Assembly (NCBI RefSeq): GCF_009914755.1
Contig: NC_060926.1
Length of the DNA: 64,000 bases
Direction: 5' to 3' (one strand)
Origin: the human T2T-CHM13v2.0 reference genome, Homo sapiens
Position numbers and translations under genes: made by a program. The notes beneath the pieces were generated by a model, which saw nothing but the letters and a program-made list of their open reading frames with translations, had not been told where the DNA came from and did no database searches. Positions 43,900 through 55,385 of this stretch are shown here, in pieces. Every line of letters starts with the position of its first letter. Positions within the stretch are counted from its first letter, which is position 1.

Positions 43900-45650
43900 T
43901 TTGCCACTAACTAAGGTAAAAACCAGCTAAGAAACCAACATGCAAACAGGTCTGGACTCAGTAAATCCCATATAAGTCTGGCAGAAGCAAAGACTAAATT
44001 GCTGCACGTGGATGTCTCTATAACTTTGATCATATGCAGGCACCAGTGGAAGATAATTCCCCTTGAAGCTGGACTCACAGACACAAAGCACGAAGAATCT
44101 CTTCAGAATAATGAAAGATAGAATTTTTACCACATAAACTATAAAAGTAATCAAAATGTTTTAATGATCTAAAATATTTTAAAAGTATATTTAAAAAATT
44201 AAGATAATAAAATAAACAAGGTAATTCATAAATAGGAGCAGAGAATACCATAAACAGGTGTATTTGAGAAATAAATAAATAGAAATTTTACTAACAGTTA
44301 CTGAAATAAACTTAAAATTGAAATATTCATTGAAAGAGATAAATTATAAATTAAACACAGCTGAAGAAAGACTTACTGACTTGGAAGAAAAATCTAAGGA
44401 AATAACCAAAAGCAGCATGGGGAGGTAAAGAAATGGAAAATAGAAAGGCACATTTAGAGACATGCTGGATGGAATGAGATCTTGCATATACCTAATAGAA
44501 GGAAAGAATAGAGGGATTGTTAAAAGAATAATGTTAGTAAAGATAAAGGCTAAGAACTTTCTCAAATTGAAGGAGGGTCCCTCAGACAAAAAGAAACTGT
44601 ACCTTTAATCCCAATTGTAATAAATCAATCAATCCATGCTTAGTCTACCATAGTAAAATATTTAAAAAATCATAATTAAGAGAAATATTAATTAAGGTTA
44701 ATTAAGAAAAGAGAGATAAAATGGATTACCCTTAAAGATAATAGTAGAATATTCATCAGTAACAAAAGATGACAGAAAAAAAATTACATAGTTCTTTCAA
44801 GGTACTGATAAAAAATAAAAGCCAAGCTGGAATCCTGCAGTTAGCCAAACTCTCAGCTGAGAGTGGGGTGAGTACTCTTTGGTTTAAAACATACAAAGTC
44901 TAACATGGCTTTCACAGAAGTTGGAGAAGTGACTATTGAAAGACATTCTTCAACAAGAAGAAACATGAGTGCAGAAGGAAGGAGGGGGAATATATTCGTC
45001 CGTTTTCACACTGCTGATAAAGACATACCCAAGACTGGGTAATTTATAAAGAAAAACAGGTTTAATGGATGCACAATTCCACATGGCTGGGGAGGCCTCA
45101 CAAACATGATGAAAGGTGAAAGGCACTTCTTACAATGGCTTCAGGCAAAAGAGAGAATGAAAACCAAGGGAAAGGGGTTACCCTTTATAAAACCATCAGA
45201 TCTTGTGAGCTTTATTCACTACCATGAGAACAGTATAGGAGAAACCAGCCCATGATTCAACTATCTCCCACCGGATCCCATGTACAACATGAGGGAATTA
45301 TGGGAGCTACAATTCAAGATGAGATTTGGGTGGGGAAGCAGGCAAACCATATTGGGGAACATAAAGCAATGGTGAAAATGGAAGCAGTAAAAGTACATTA
45401 GAAATATGTAAATGCGTTTTAGCGTAAAAAACTTATTTTGTGAATATTAGTAATGAGATTAAATAAAAATGTTGAACTCTATAACAACATGGAAGCTAGA
45501 AGAAGGTAATAAAGCTTTCTAGTTTTTTTTTAGTAGAATGAGGATTTTGATTAATTGGATACCTTTTGAGAAAAATAAAGATTAAGCACGTATGTATTAC
45601 TAGTAATCACTAGTAGAGTAGATCTATGATACAAGTGCATAGACAAATCT
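43900..45650 (+). mobile_element. Old L1 ORF1-like/HAL1-like fragment, split by THE1
   Basis: aaattaaacacagctgaagaaagacttactgacttggaaga... resembles the ORF1 coiled-coil region. A-rich. Confidence 0.6.
44991..45354 (-). mobile_element. THE1 (C/D-like) MaLR solo LTR
   Basis: gtccgttttcacactgctgataaagacatacccaagactggg...gagatttgggtgggga. Perfect 5-bp TSD GGGAA at 44986-44990 and 45355-45359. Confidence 0.93.
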
Positions 45651-46313
45651 CAACAGTGATTACCTGAAATATAGGCATATTATATATATATAATCTCACA
45701 AAATAGTTGTTACCTGGCTTCTGTAATTGTCTTTTTTTTCATTTACACATGACTATTTCTCTGAGTTTCATCAGTGCTCAAAGTTGTACATCCTACAGTA
45801 TAATACATTCATCATTTATTGTCTCCATTCATTACAAGGCATAGACTTTTTAAATATCACAACTCTAAATAATATACAATTATTATATTACAATAACTAA
45901 GGCTTAGTGTGGTTGAAAATTGTGAACGATCATGAGGTTTTCAAAAGCAAGACTAGCATTCCAACCCAAGTCTGACTGTCTGCATCAAAACCCATCCTGT
46001 TTTCCACATGTGAGGTTGGCTTTAATAGTTAAGGCAGCACCTTTTTGATCACAGCGATGCTCCCCTTCTCATAGTACAGATGGTAAAGGATATGGATCTG
46101 GGGTGAGTAGGTGGTTTTATGGAGAAACTGATCTTCTCAGACAACTTTGAAAATATAAGCAACATGCTGATCTTATTTTTCCAAATCTAAGATCTTCTAA
46201 TTAGAGCTCTCCAGCCTCCCAATACTCATGAGTTCACCCATTTGTTCATGTCTGCCTCTAATCTTCTGAACATTTCCATTATCATTTTCAGGGAGGGGTA
46301 AGAAGAAGCAGAG

Positions 46314-46688
46314 TGTCACCGGGTAAGAGTCGACAGTTTTGAAGACTCGTAGCTGCGAATCTTTCAGGAAATAATCCAGAACAGTCTCCTCGCTGGACAG
46401 GAAAGGAAACCTATCCTAGAGAGGCGAATCCTCTGTCCTGGACGCGTGCACAGCTAATGGTCAGGGGAGGGGATTCTATGGGGTGTATTCGACCTGCTGC
46501 TGCAGGGCTTCGGTTGCCAAGAGTTTCCCCAATACCTAAACCCCTACTATTAAAGGTACATTCCTTTGTATTTAAAGCCCAGTGAATCCAGGAGCCCCCT
46601 TTTAGATGTAAGTACCTCTGTGAGTAACCCAATAAACCATTTCCGACCGTTATCATTCTAATGTCAATTGGTCTGTAAGGGATTAACA
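46314..46688 (+). mobile_element. Putative solo LTR of unassigned family (CpG-rich)
   Basis: TGTCA...TAACA termini, TATA-like tatttaaa at ~46569, donor-like GTAAGT at ~46608, AATAAA at 46631, then a ~50-bp U5-like tail. TSD is weak (CAGAG/CACTG). About 12 CpGs. Confidence 0.5.
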
Positions 46689-46749
46689 CACTGGCCACCT
46701 AGTAAATCTGTGCTAATTGCAGGGCCATGGGTTTCCAGCCAACAACGTA

Positions 46750-46960
46750 TGTATAGGCTTTGGAATAAGACAAGGATGGAGGGCTCATTCGGGCACTTAC
46801 TTGCTGTGTTCTTGGCCAAATCACTTAATCCCTCTAAGCTTCCCCATTTTTTTTCCCTATAAGATGAAAAAAAAAAAAACCAGGTACTTCATGTGGCAAC
46901 TGTAAGTATTCCAATTAGATAAGATGTTTACACTCAGCATTGTCTTATAGTACATACTCA
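46750..46960 (+). mobile_element. MIR
   Basis: cacttacttgctgtgttcttggccaaatcacttaatccctctaagcttccc...ctataagatg. Confidence 0.7.
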
Positions 46961-48740
46961 GGAGTGGGGGCTGTGTGTGTGTGTGTGTGTTTTCACTTTT
47001 TACAGTATTAAATGCCTATAAATGGGAAAAGGTCCTTTGACCAGGTAGTGAGTTTCTTGTTCACCGAGGTGTTCAAGCAGAGGATAAGTAATTCTTTGCT
47101 GGGACACATCTAGCATAGGGCTGGTCACACGGTGGGCGCTAAGGAAATATCTGTGTGATCTAAACATGGACTTTTGCCTTCCACCTGTTCATTCAGCACA
47201 CCCTGCCCCTCTACCTATCCCAAGATCTGTCACCCCTAGCGAAGAATGTTAGGCTATGTGTCACATGCCTAGGGACCAATCCTCCATCAGGGACTTGTAC
47301 AAAACCCAACATTGCAGCCTCTGAGTCAGCAGACCTTGACTGCTGACTAACCAGGGTGACAAACACTAGCATTCCCTAGGCCCACCTCGGTAAGATAAGT
47401 GGAAGTGCAGTGGAGGAGATCAGAGGTGGAGGACAGCCCAAGCGCAGGTGCCTCCTGCAGGGACAGCAATGATGGCCATGAGGGGATGCGCCTCAGTATC
47501 GTCAGATCTTTCTGTGTTTCAGGAGGAGCCTGGTTTCAACTGTTGTTCACTATTTCAAATATAAACCAGCAAGAGCAACAAGAACAACAGCATGAACCCA
47601 ATAGAACATATTTACAGGTGACTTTGTGACCCCATCCTCAGGCCCTGGCTGCCTCCCCGGAAGCAGTGCCTGGGGAGGTGGCCAGGCACCTCCATGGAGG
47701 AGATGAACTCCCTTTCGTAAAGTGTTAAAATGTCATCTTGTCCACAGAGAGTAGTAACTTGCCAAATGGTATTTCATGGTCCTTAACTGGAATGCTCAGT
47801 CTCGTGGAATATATTGTGTATTATTGTGTCAAGAAGGGATTTGGAGATTTTTAAGCTTTGTGCAATTTTTAAAAAAATTAACATTAATGAAGCTAGTACT
47901 TTTTGTAGTATACCTGTGAAGTGAACTAGCATAAGCAAAATATTTTATCTTTCGGTTGACTAGGGGTTATAATGACTACGAGTTTCCAGTTCATAGTGGC
48001 TATAGTGGCTCTCTTTTTCAGAGTAAAAACAAATTGTAAAGAAAGTAGACTCTGTGCAAAGAAAGACATATCAGCCAAGCATCTCATAACCACAGGGTGT
48101 CTACCTAGGCTTCAGACTGTTGATGCCCAAATGTGGTGAAACCTGATTTTCCCAATGAAATGTTCTCCTTTATCTCAAGTTCTGTTTCATTGACTTGAAA
48201 TACTCAACTTTCATTGACTTCAGGTACTTAGTTTTACAGTGTCCAAAATCACCTCTCTGATTTGTCTTTCAGGTCCAGATCTGTAAATAATTGTAATACT
48301 GTCTAGTAGAACAGCTGAGAGTGAGCATTTTTAAAATCCTATTTTCATCATTGTTTACCTAGAGTTTTAAAAATTAATCATATAAAAGGACAAAAATCCA
48401 ATGACAAAATGAGAAAGAATGCTTTTTAATATTCTTTAAGGCCAGCGAAATCCCAAAGACTGATATGCAAGCAGTTGTAAGGTGCACGGTCTTAGCGGAA
48501 AAAAAAAATCATTTAAAAACATAAGATTTGGAATCATGCAAGGCTGTATTTAAATTCTGATTATACTACTAAATACGTATGTGGCTTTGCAACTTGTACT
48601 TAATGACTTTGAGTCTTAGTCTCCTTCTTTGGAAAATGGATTTGGGATACTGACCAGAGGACAGGCGAAGGTGTGACGTGCTGGAGCTTGTGTGTGTCTG
48701 ATCTTGGTGGCCGTGGTGTCACAGAAGCCAAGTGACTCCA

Positions 48741-49480
48741 CTTTCTCTGACCACCCCTCCCTGATGCAAACTCTGGTTGGCTGTTTGCTCCTCTGTGTCC
48801 TTGAACAGCTGATTCCTCCACTATGCACAGATCCCTTGGTTTTGTGGGTTGTGCAGCTTCAGGTAGCAGAGAGCCGTGGACAGAGTGGCTCACAGGCACT
48901 CCTGGAACATGGAGAATGGCCACAGACTCTTCCAAGCTTTGGACAAGCCTAGTACTTTTATTTCAGTCACGTATAAATGAAAACTTACCGCCTGGGATGA
49001 GAGCCCTGGGAACTCATGTCTGGGGGAGCAGGAGACAGACTCACTGCATTCCTATGACTCTTCCTAGAGTCAGCATCTGTGCCGTTTCTTGTTTTTCAGA
49101 GCTTTGGAGGTTCCTCTTCCCTTTCCATGAAGCACTTGACTGCTAATGCCTTCATTATGAGCAGTAACAGCTGTCCCTTGGTCCTCTTCATAGTCTCTGC
49201 ACTATCTCTGTCCAGGCACAAAAGGGCGAGCGCTTAGCAACTCTTTCCATATGCCTAAGAATTGACCATCTTTATGTCCATGTATGTTCACTGCTCAGCT
49301 CCCACTTAACAGTGAGAACAAGCACATGCATGTCCTGAATCTCAAATAAAATTTAAAAGCAGAAGTGACCAGAGTTTTCTTAGGGCTGCTTTCTCTGACC
49401 ACCCCTCCCTGATGCAAACTCTGGTTGGCTGTTTGCTCCTGTGTGTTCCTCCACTGTGCACAGGTCCCTTGGTTTTGTGG
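48741..49480. repeat. Dispersed direct duplication (~100 bp; copies at 48741-48847 and 49389-49480)
   Basis: 52 bp are identical (ctttctctgacc...tttgctcct), then a 15-bp indel, then ttcctccact.tgcacag.tcccttggttttgtgg in both copies. Confidence 0.95.
49269..49360 (+). mobile_element. Tiny 5'-inverted L1 (L1PB/L1PA16-like) insertion
   Basis: Antisense 3' UTR piece (tatgtccatg...cagctcccacttaacagtgagaaca), then sense terminus (cacatg...cctgaatctcaaataaaatttaaaa). TSD AGAA[T/G]TGACCA at 49258-49268 and 49361-49371. Confidence 0.7.
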
Positions 49481-50317
49481 TGATGTGTGGTCCTGCGTCC
49501 TCTGCTGGACTGGCACCCCCAAGAAGTCAGCACTGCATCTTACTGGAGTCTGTATCCCTCCTTCCAGCAGTTACCTGCTTCAGAGTTGGCATCTGTAAGT
49601 ATTTGTTGATTTAGGGGAGCTGACAAATCTAAGGTTTAGGTTAAATAGATATCTCTCAGAATCAGATTTAGGCTCCTGCTCCTATCCCCTTAAAAGCCCT
49701 TTTCTCTTTCAGCATCTTTCTCTTCTGATTTTTCCATAATGTATCTTCAACAGTATGTCTATTTCAGACCCCACTAGAGCCAAGCCAATGCTCTGAACAG
49801 ATCAACAGTTCACGCTGGGGAGGTAGTGGATTTCCCTGCGCTGGAACTCTGGGGCGGTGTTGGCCAGGGTCATGCTGTTGAGCACAGCTCATCACTCACC
49901 ACGGTCACTAGATTGCCGTCAGTTCAATCTAGATACGCAGGTGTGGCCAGTGGGGTAGCATTCCAGGGACAGGGCCCAGAGGAATTGCCAGAGCCACCTT
50001 CTCTCCAGAGGAAAACTGCCCACCTCCCCAGCAGCTTAGATTTTGCTGTGAGATATCCAGGTGAAATCTGATCAGGTCCACTACAGCCTCCTTTCTTGTT
50101 TTGTAGAAATTGGGATTTAGCAGAGGCCAGGTTGATATAATCTTCTTATTGATTGCTGGAGTTCGGTGGGTGGAAGGCAAGGAGGCTTCGGGGTTATTAG
50201 ACAGCTGCTCCCGTGGGATGTGGAAAAGCAACATATGCCCTTGAAACAGTCATGAGAATTAAAAAAATGATTAGGCCAGCCTGTGTATCTGTGTATGGGG
50301 AGGTAAGTAAGCCAAAC

Positions 50318-50582
50318 TTTTTTTTAAAAAAAAAAAAAACAGAAACAAAAACAAAACAGAGTCTCGCTCTATCTCCCAGGCTTGGAGTACGGTGGTGTGA
50401 TTTTGACTTACTGCAACCTCCCCTCCCACGTTCAAGTGATTCTTGTGCCTCAGCCTCCAGAGTAGCTGGGGCTACAGGCATGTGCCACTGTGTCTGGCTA
50501 ATTTTTGTATTTTTAGTAGAGATGAGGTTTCACCATATTGGCCAGGCTGATCTCAAACTCCTGACCTCGAGTGATTCACCCG
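50318..50582 (-). mobile_element. 5'-truncated AluS with anomalous tail
   Basis: acagagtctcgctct...ctcctgacctcgagtgattcaccc. Degenerate TSD GTAAGCCAAACTT / GTAAGGCAACCTT. Confidence 0.88.
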
Positions 50583-51465
50583 GTAAGGCAACCTTCTTAG
50601 AGATGCCATGTTACTGGTTTTACCATATTTTGAAATTCAACATCAGCCCAGAAGGACTTCAGCATTTTACACTCAGATACAGCATCAATTGACATGGACT
50701 CACCATGCATACAATGATATCTAGCATTCAGAGAACAAATTGTACTTTTAATTAATTGAAAATTAAGCTTTGAGGATTGCTGTTAGCCTCATTATTCACT
50801 ACATCGTGATTGTCTTCTAACAAAGTAACACACCGTAATTGAAATATTTAACTCATAATCCTAATAATTAGAGTCAAAATTTTTGGGCTTGAAAAGGTGC
50901 TTTTTCACAAGGAAGAATAAACACACACAGTTGCCCTTAATCATCTCTTTACCTAACACGTATTTATTGAGCATCAGTTGTGTGCCAGGCACTAAGTAAG
51001 CCTTCAGGTTACATAAAATAGATAATTAAATAGGCACAATTCTTGCCTTGTATAGCTTTCTAGTTAGTATAAAAGAAAGACATTCAGCAAATAAACACAA
51101 ATAAATATATAGATGTACTTTGACAAGTGCCATGTGGTAAAATAAATGCACTTAGAATGATAGATACTAAAAACGAATGTAAAATCTCTAGTGACAGAGT
51201 TCAAATATACAAGGAGTAACTGGATAAAATGAGCATTCCTCCTTTTGTTATTCTGTTTCTTCTTGCTGTCAATCTTTATACACACATGAGACTCTTTGTG
51301 TCCTTAGAATATAACCTATCACGCTGTGTTGAAATCACCTCTCTGTTCTTCATTCTAGATCGTGAGCTCCTGGAGGATAAAGACAAAGAAAGAGTTGGAC
51401 TCATCTTTCGATTCAGTAAGTCTTATAGGTGCCTGGCTCAGAGAACTGCTTGATTGTTTAAAAAA

Positions 51466-52100
51466 TTTTAATATAAGTTCTAGGATGCATGTGCAGAAGG
51501 TGCTGGTTTGTTACATAAGTAAACGTGTGTCATGGTGGTTTGCCGCACCTGTCAACCCATCATCTAAGTGTTAAGCCCTACATGCATTAGCTATTTATCC
51601 TGATGCTCTTCCTCTCCCCAGCCCCTTGACAGGCTCCAATGTGTGTTGTTCCCCTCCCCGTGTCCACGTGTTCTCATTGTTCAGTTACCACTTATAAGTG
51701 AGAACGTGCAGTGTTTGGTTTGCTGTTCCTGCGTTTGTTTGCAGAGAATAATGGCTTCCAGCTCTATTCATGTCCCTGCAAAGGACATGATCTCATTCCT
51801 TTTTATGGCTGTGTGGTATGCCATGGTGTATACGTACCACATTTTCTTTATCCTGGCTATCACTGATGGGCATTTTTGCTGATTCCATGTCTTTGCTATT
51901 GTGAATAGTGTGGCAGTGAACAAACATGTGCATGTATCTTTATAATAGAATCAGTTATATTCCTTTGGGTATATATCCAGTAATGGGATTGCTGAGAGTC
52001 AAATGGTATTTCTGGTTTTAGTTCTTTGTGGAATCACCACACTGTCTTCAACAATGGTTTGAGCTAATTTACACTCCCGCCAACAGTGTAAAAGCATTTT
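51466..52100 (-). mobile_element. L1PA (approx. L1PA8) 3' fragment
   Basis: catgtgcagaaggtgctggtttgttacataagtaaacgtgtgtcatggtggtttg...gtccctgcaaaggacatgatctcattcc. Confidence 0.92.
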
Positions 52101-54441
52101 TATTGGAGAGCTGCCCAATTTAATGAATCTAAACATCAAGCTTTAAAGGAGTATTAAGATGAGCAGGCCCAGCCATCCGTACTACAGACATGCATCTAAT
52201 CACAACAGCAGTTTACCAGTTTGGGTCACACATATGCCCATTCAGCCATGCTAAGTTCTTCTGGGAAGAATGGGGAAGCTAGAAAACTAATACTTTTGTC
52301 ATGATCTTAACTTAGGGAAGGATTGCTGGAGGTGGCCACAGTGCCCAGCGAAGGTATTTACAGTCAGTCTTGGGAGATCATTGAAGATACCAGTGAGCAG
52401 AGCTGATAGGGATCAAGGGAGCTGGTGGTGTGGGCATTCATCAGACAGACTTAGATTTCTGTGTTCATTGTGTGTTCAAGCTACATCCGTTCTGTTTTCA
52501 GATCTGTTGAATGAGGAAAGTGAGTGAGTCAATTTCAAAGGCAGTATGATGTCATTTTAAAACTCCCGGACTTGGCCTGAGAAAACATGAATTTGAAGCT
52601 TCGGATCCATTCTATGTGAGCCCTACGAACTTCACAAAGCTACTTAATTTTCATGAGATTTAGCTCTCTCATGTATCAAAGGAGCATAGCAGATATATAC
52701 TAAACAGCCTTTTTGATGAAAATCAGATGAAATAGTAGATGTAAAATCATTTTGTTAATTGAATATGACATATCAATTTCAAGATCTTGTTCCCCTATTC
52801 TCACAGAAAATCATCACAAATAATGCCCTTTTCTTCGCATCCAAATCATTGCTTCTTTTGAAATTCCCAATATGCAGTAAAGTGCCTTAAGAGTAGCAGG
52901 TGCTGAATAACTGCTTGTTTCATGAGAGAATTAATAAAGAACTCAAGAGACATTTGCAAGGCAGCTGCTTGGGATTAGTGGGAATTTCTGAGGCCCCATG
53001 AAGCCGAAGAGCTCAATCCATAGGTGAAAACCTCGACCTTGTGTCCTTGGTTTAACCATTCCAAAGCCAACACTGAACGGACCAGTCCAAGTGGGGGCAC
53101 TGCCCTGGCTGTTCACTCCAAGCAAGCCTATATTCTGCGAAATGGGGGGACCTACCTGTGCTGAGGAGGGTGGCAAGCGGGTTCTCCTGCTAGTTCCACC
53201 ATTTACTCAGCTGTAAGAGAGTGGACAAATGAAAACAAACCATCCAGCATCCACAGCTTGATAAAAATTTCCAGACTGAATATTGATTCATTACACTATG
53301 TCATATGTACTTTTAAATTCTTGATCTTTGAAATGTCTTTTTAGTTTTACAATTAAAAATAACATTTTATTCAATATTACTGAAAGTTCTATGATTGAAT
53401 ATAACACTTCCTTGTTTCACTGCCTCCCATTTCATCTTGTCTCCCTTATCGGAGGCAACCATTTTCACCTTTTTTGGCTTTTTCTTGGTCTTGAAAAAAT
53501 ATTTATATGCCTACTATCTTTTGATTCATTAATTTTAAATATTATCTAATTCCTATCATGACAGATAAGAATTTAATCCTCTTATACTCCCTTTCCCTCA
53601 TCTTCTTTCACCAATCCTCCTAAATAGCAATTATAAAAATGTTAGTTTAATGAATATCAGTGTTATTATTATGCTATGCAAATATTATATATAGCTGTGC
53701 ATTGTAGGGTATTATGATTACATTTTTAAAAATGTTCTTCCTGAAGTTAGCAAGTATCTTGTTTTATCATTTCTTTAGAATTTTGTGCCCCTTGTTCAGT
53801 CTTTCCACATCTTCTTTGTTCTGGTTTTCAATAAGGTTCATTGCATCAGTAAAGGATCAGTTCATATGTTCCTTCCTGGGACACAAGGGAGATCACCAGT
53901 GCCTGTCTTCCAGGATTGGTTTCTCATGGATGAGGTCATCCATGCAGCCTCATCATGGGACTTCCCACCCAGTCATCCCAGGAAGTCCCCTTCTCCTGAA
54001 TCAGATCCCTGCTTTCTGAGTCTTACGTCTTCTTTCTTTTGCTGTCTGATTTATATTGTTGGTGCATTTTTTCAGTTGCATCATCAGGTTAACGGGATGG
54101 CATCAAGCAAAAGGCATGCGCATAGTCTGCTCAGTGTGTCGGTGTCCTGTGTGCCACAGCTCCCCAGGCAGTTTGCTCCCAGGCCTGAGAAGAGTTAGTA
54201 GCTTGGGATCTCCCTCTACCATTATCCTAGAGATTCATTTATCTTCTCTCATATTGGATTCCTCTTTTCTCTATTTCAGATTATCCTTTTTGTTTTATTT
54301 TATTTTTGCTTTCCTCAACAACTTCCCAAGAAAGTGAGTATGAGCGGTAAACGTTTTGGGACCTAGCATGTCAGAAACATCCTTTGACTGTATAAAATTT
54401 AGGTTGGAAATATTTTTTTCTTCAGAAATTTGAAGGCATTT

Positions 54442-54724
54442 GGCCGGGCAAGGTGGCTCATGCCTGTAATCCCAGCACTTTGGGAGGCTGAGGTGGGCAG
54501 ATCACTTGATGTCAGGAGTTTGAGAACAGCCTGGCCAACATGGTGAAACCATTTCTACTAACAATACAAAAATTAGCCAGGCATGGTGCCACAGGCCTGT
54601 AATCCCAGCTACTCTAGAGGTTGAGGCAGGAAGAACTGCTTGAACCTAGGAGGCAGAGGTTGCAGTGAGCCAAGATGGCACCACTGCACTCCAGCCTGGG
54701 TGATAGAGCAAGACTCTATATCAA

Positions 54725-54767
<43 letters not shown>

Positions 54768-54795
54768 AAAATAAATAAAAATTTAAAAAAAGAAA
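54442..54795 (+). mobile_element. AluS with (TAAA)n tail
   Basis: Full Alu with a (TAAA)n microsatellite at ~54723-54780. Perfect 17-bp TSD AGAAATTTGAAGGCATT at 54424-54440 and 54796-54812. Confidence 0.95.
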
Positions 54796-54979
54796 AGAAA
54801 TTTGAAGGCATTCATTGTCTTTTGGTTAGCATCAGGGTTCCTTTAAAGAAATCTGAAGTTATTCTGATGTTTTAATTATTTGTGTATGAACTGCTTTTTT
54901 TCTGTGAACATTTTTATGATCTTCTCTTTGTCCCTAGTTTGCTGAAATTGATATTAATGCTTCTTGGTGGATTTATAGA

Positions 54980-55385
54980 CCATAATTGTTGCAATAATGC
55001 TGCATAACAAATGACCCTGAATGTCAGTGGCTTTTCTCACTCACGGCTCTGCAGGTCAACTGCTTTGGCTCCGTGTGTATTTATGGGTCAAGTTCAGGCA
55101 TTGCATTTCTCAGCTTGGAGCCCAGGCTGAAGGAACATTTGCTACCTGCAGGGTAAACTTCTCAGGGCACCAGGCAAGAGTGTTTAAGTTTCATCCAAAC
55201 ACCATGGGCACACTTATAGCCTCTGGCCAGATGTAGGGTATATCAAACCCAGTTGTGTTCCATCGCTCAGTGCAAGTCATATGGCCAAGTCCAAGTCAAA
55301 GGAGCAATGAGGTTTCCCTGTCCACAGTGAACTAACACAAGAGTGAGGAGGGGAAAAGAACCATAAACCAATCACACAATTTCAT
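54980..55385 (-). mobile_element. MLT1J/K-like MaLR LTR
   Basis: aataatgctgcataacaaatgaccc...cagtggctt...ggagcccaggctgaagga...gcaagtcatatggccaagtcc. Confidence 0.75.

Noticed and set aside
46411-46698. 95-aa minus-strand ORF and an ~80-codon plus-strand open frame in the LTR-like element
   Set aside because: No recognisable viral or cellular homology, and the lengths are compatible with chance.
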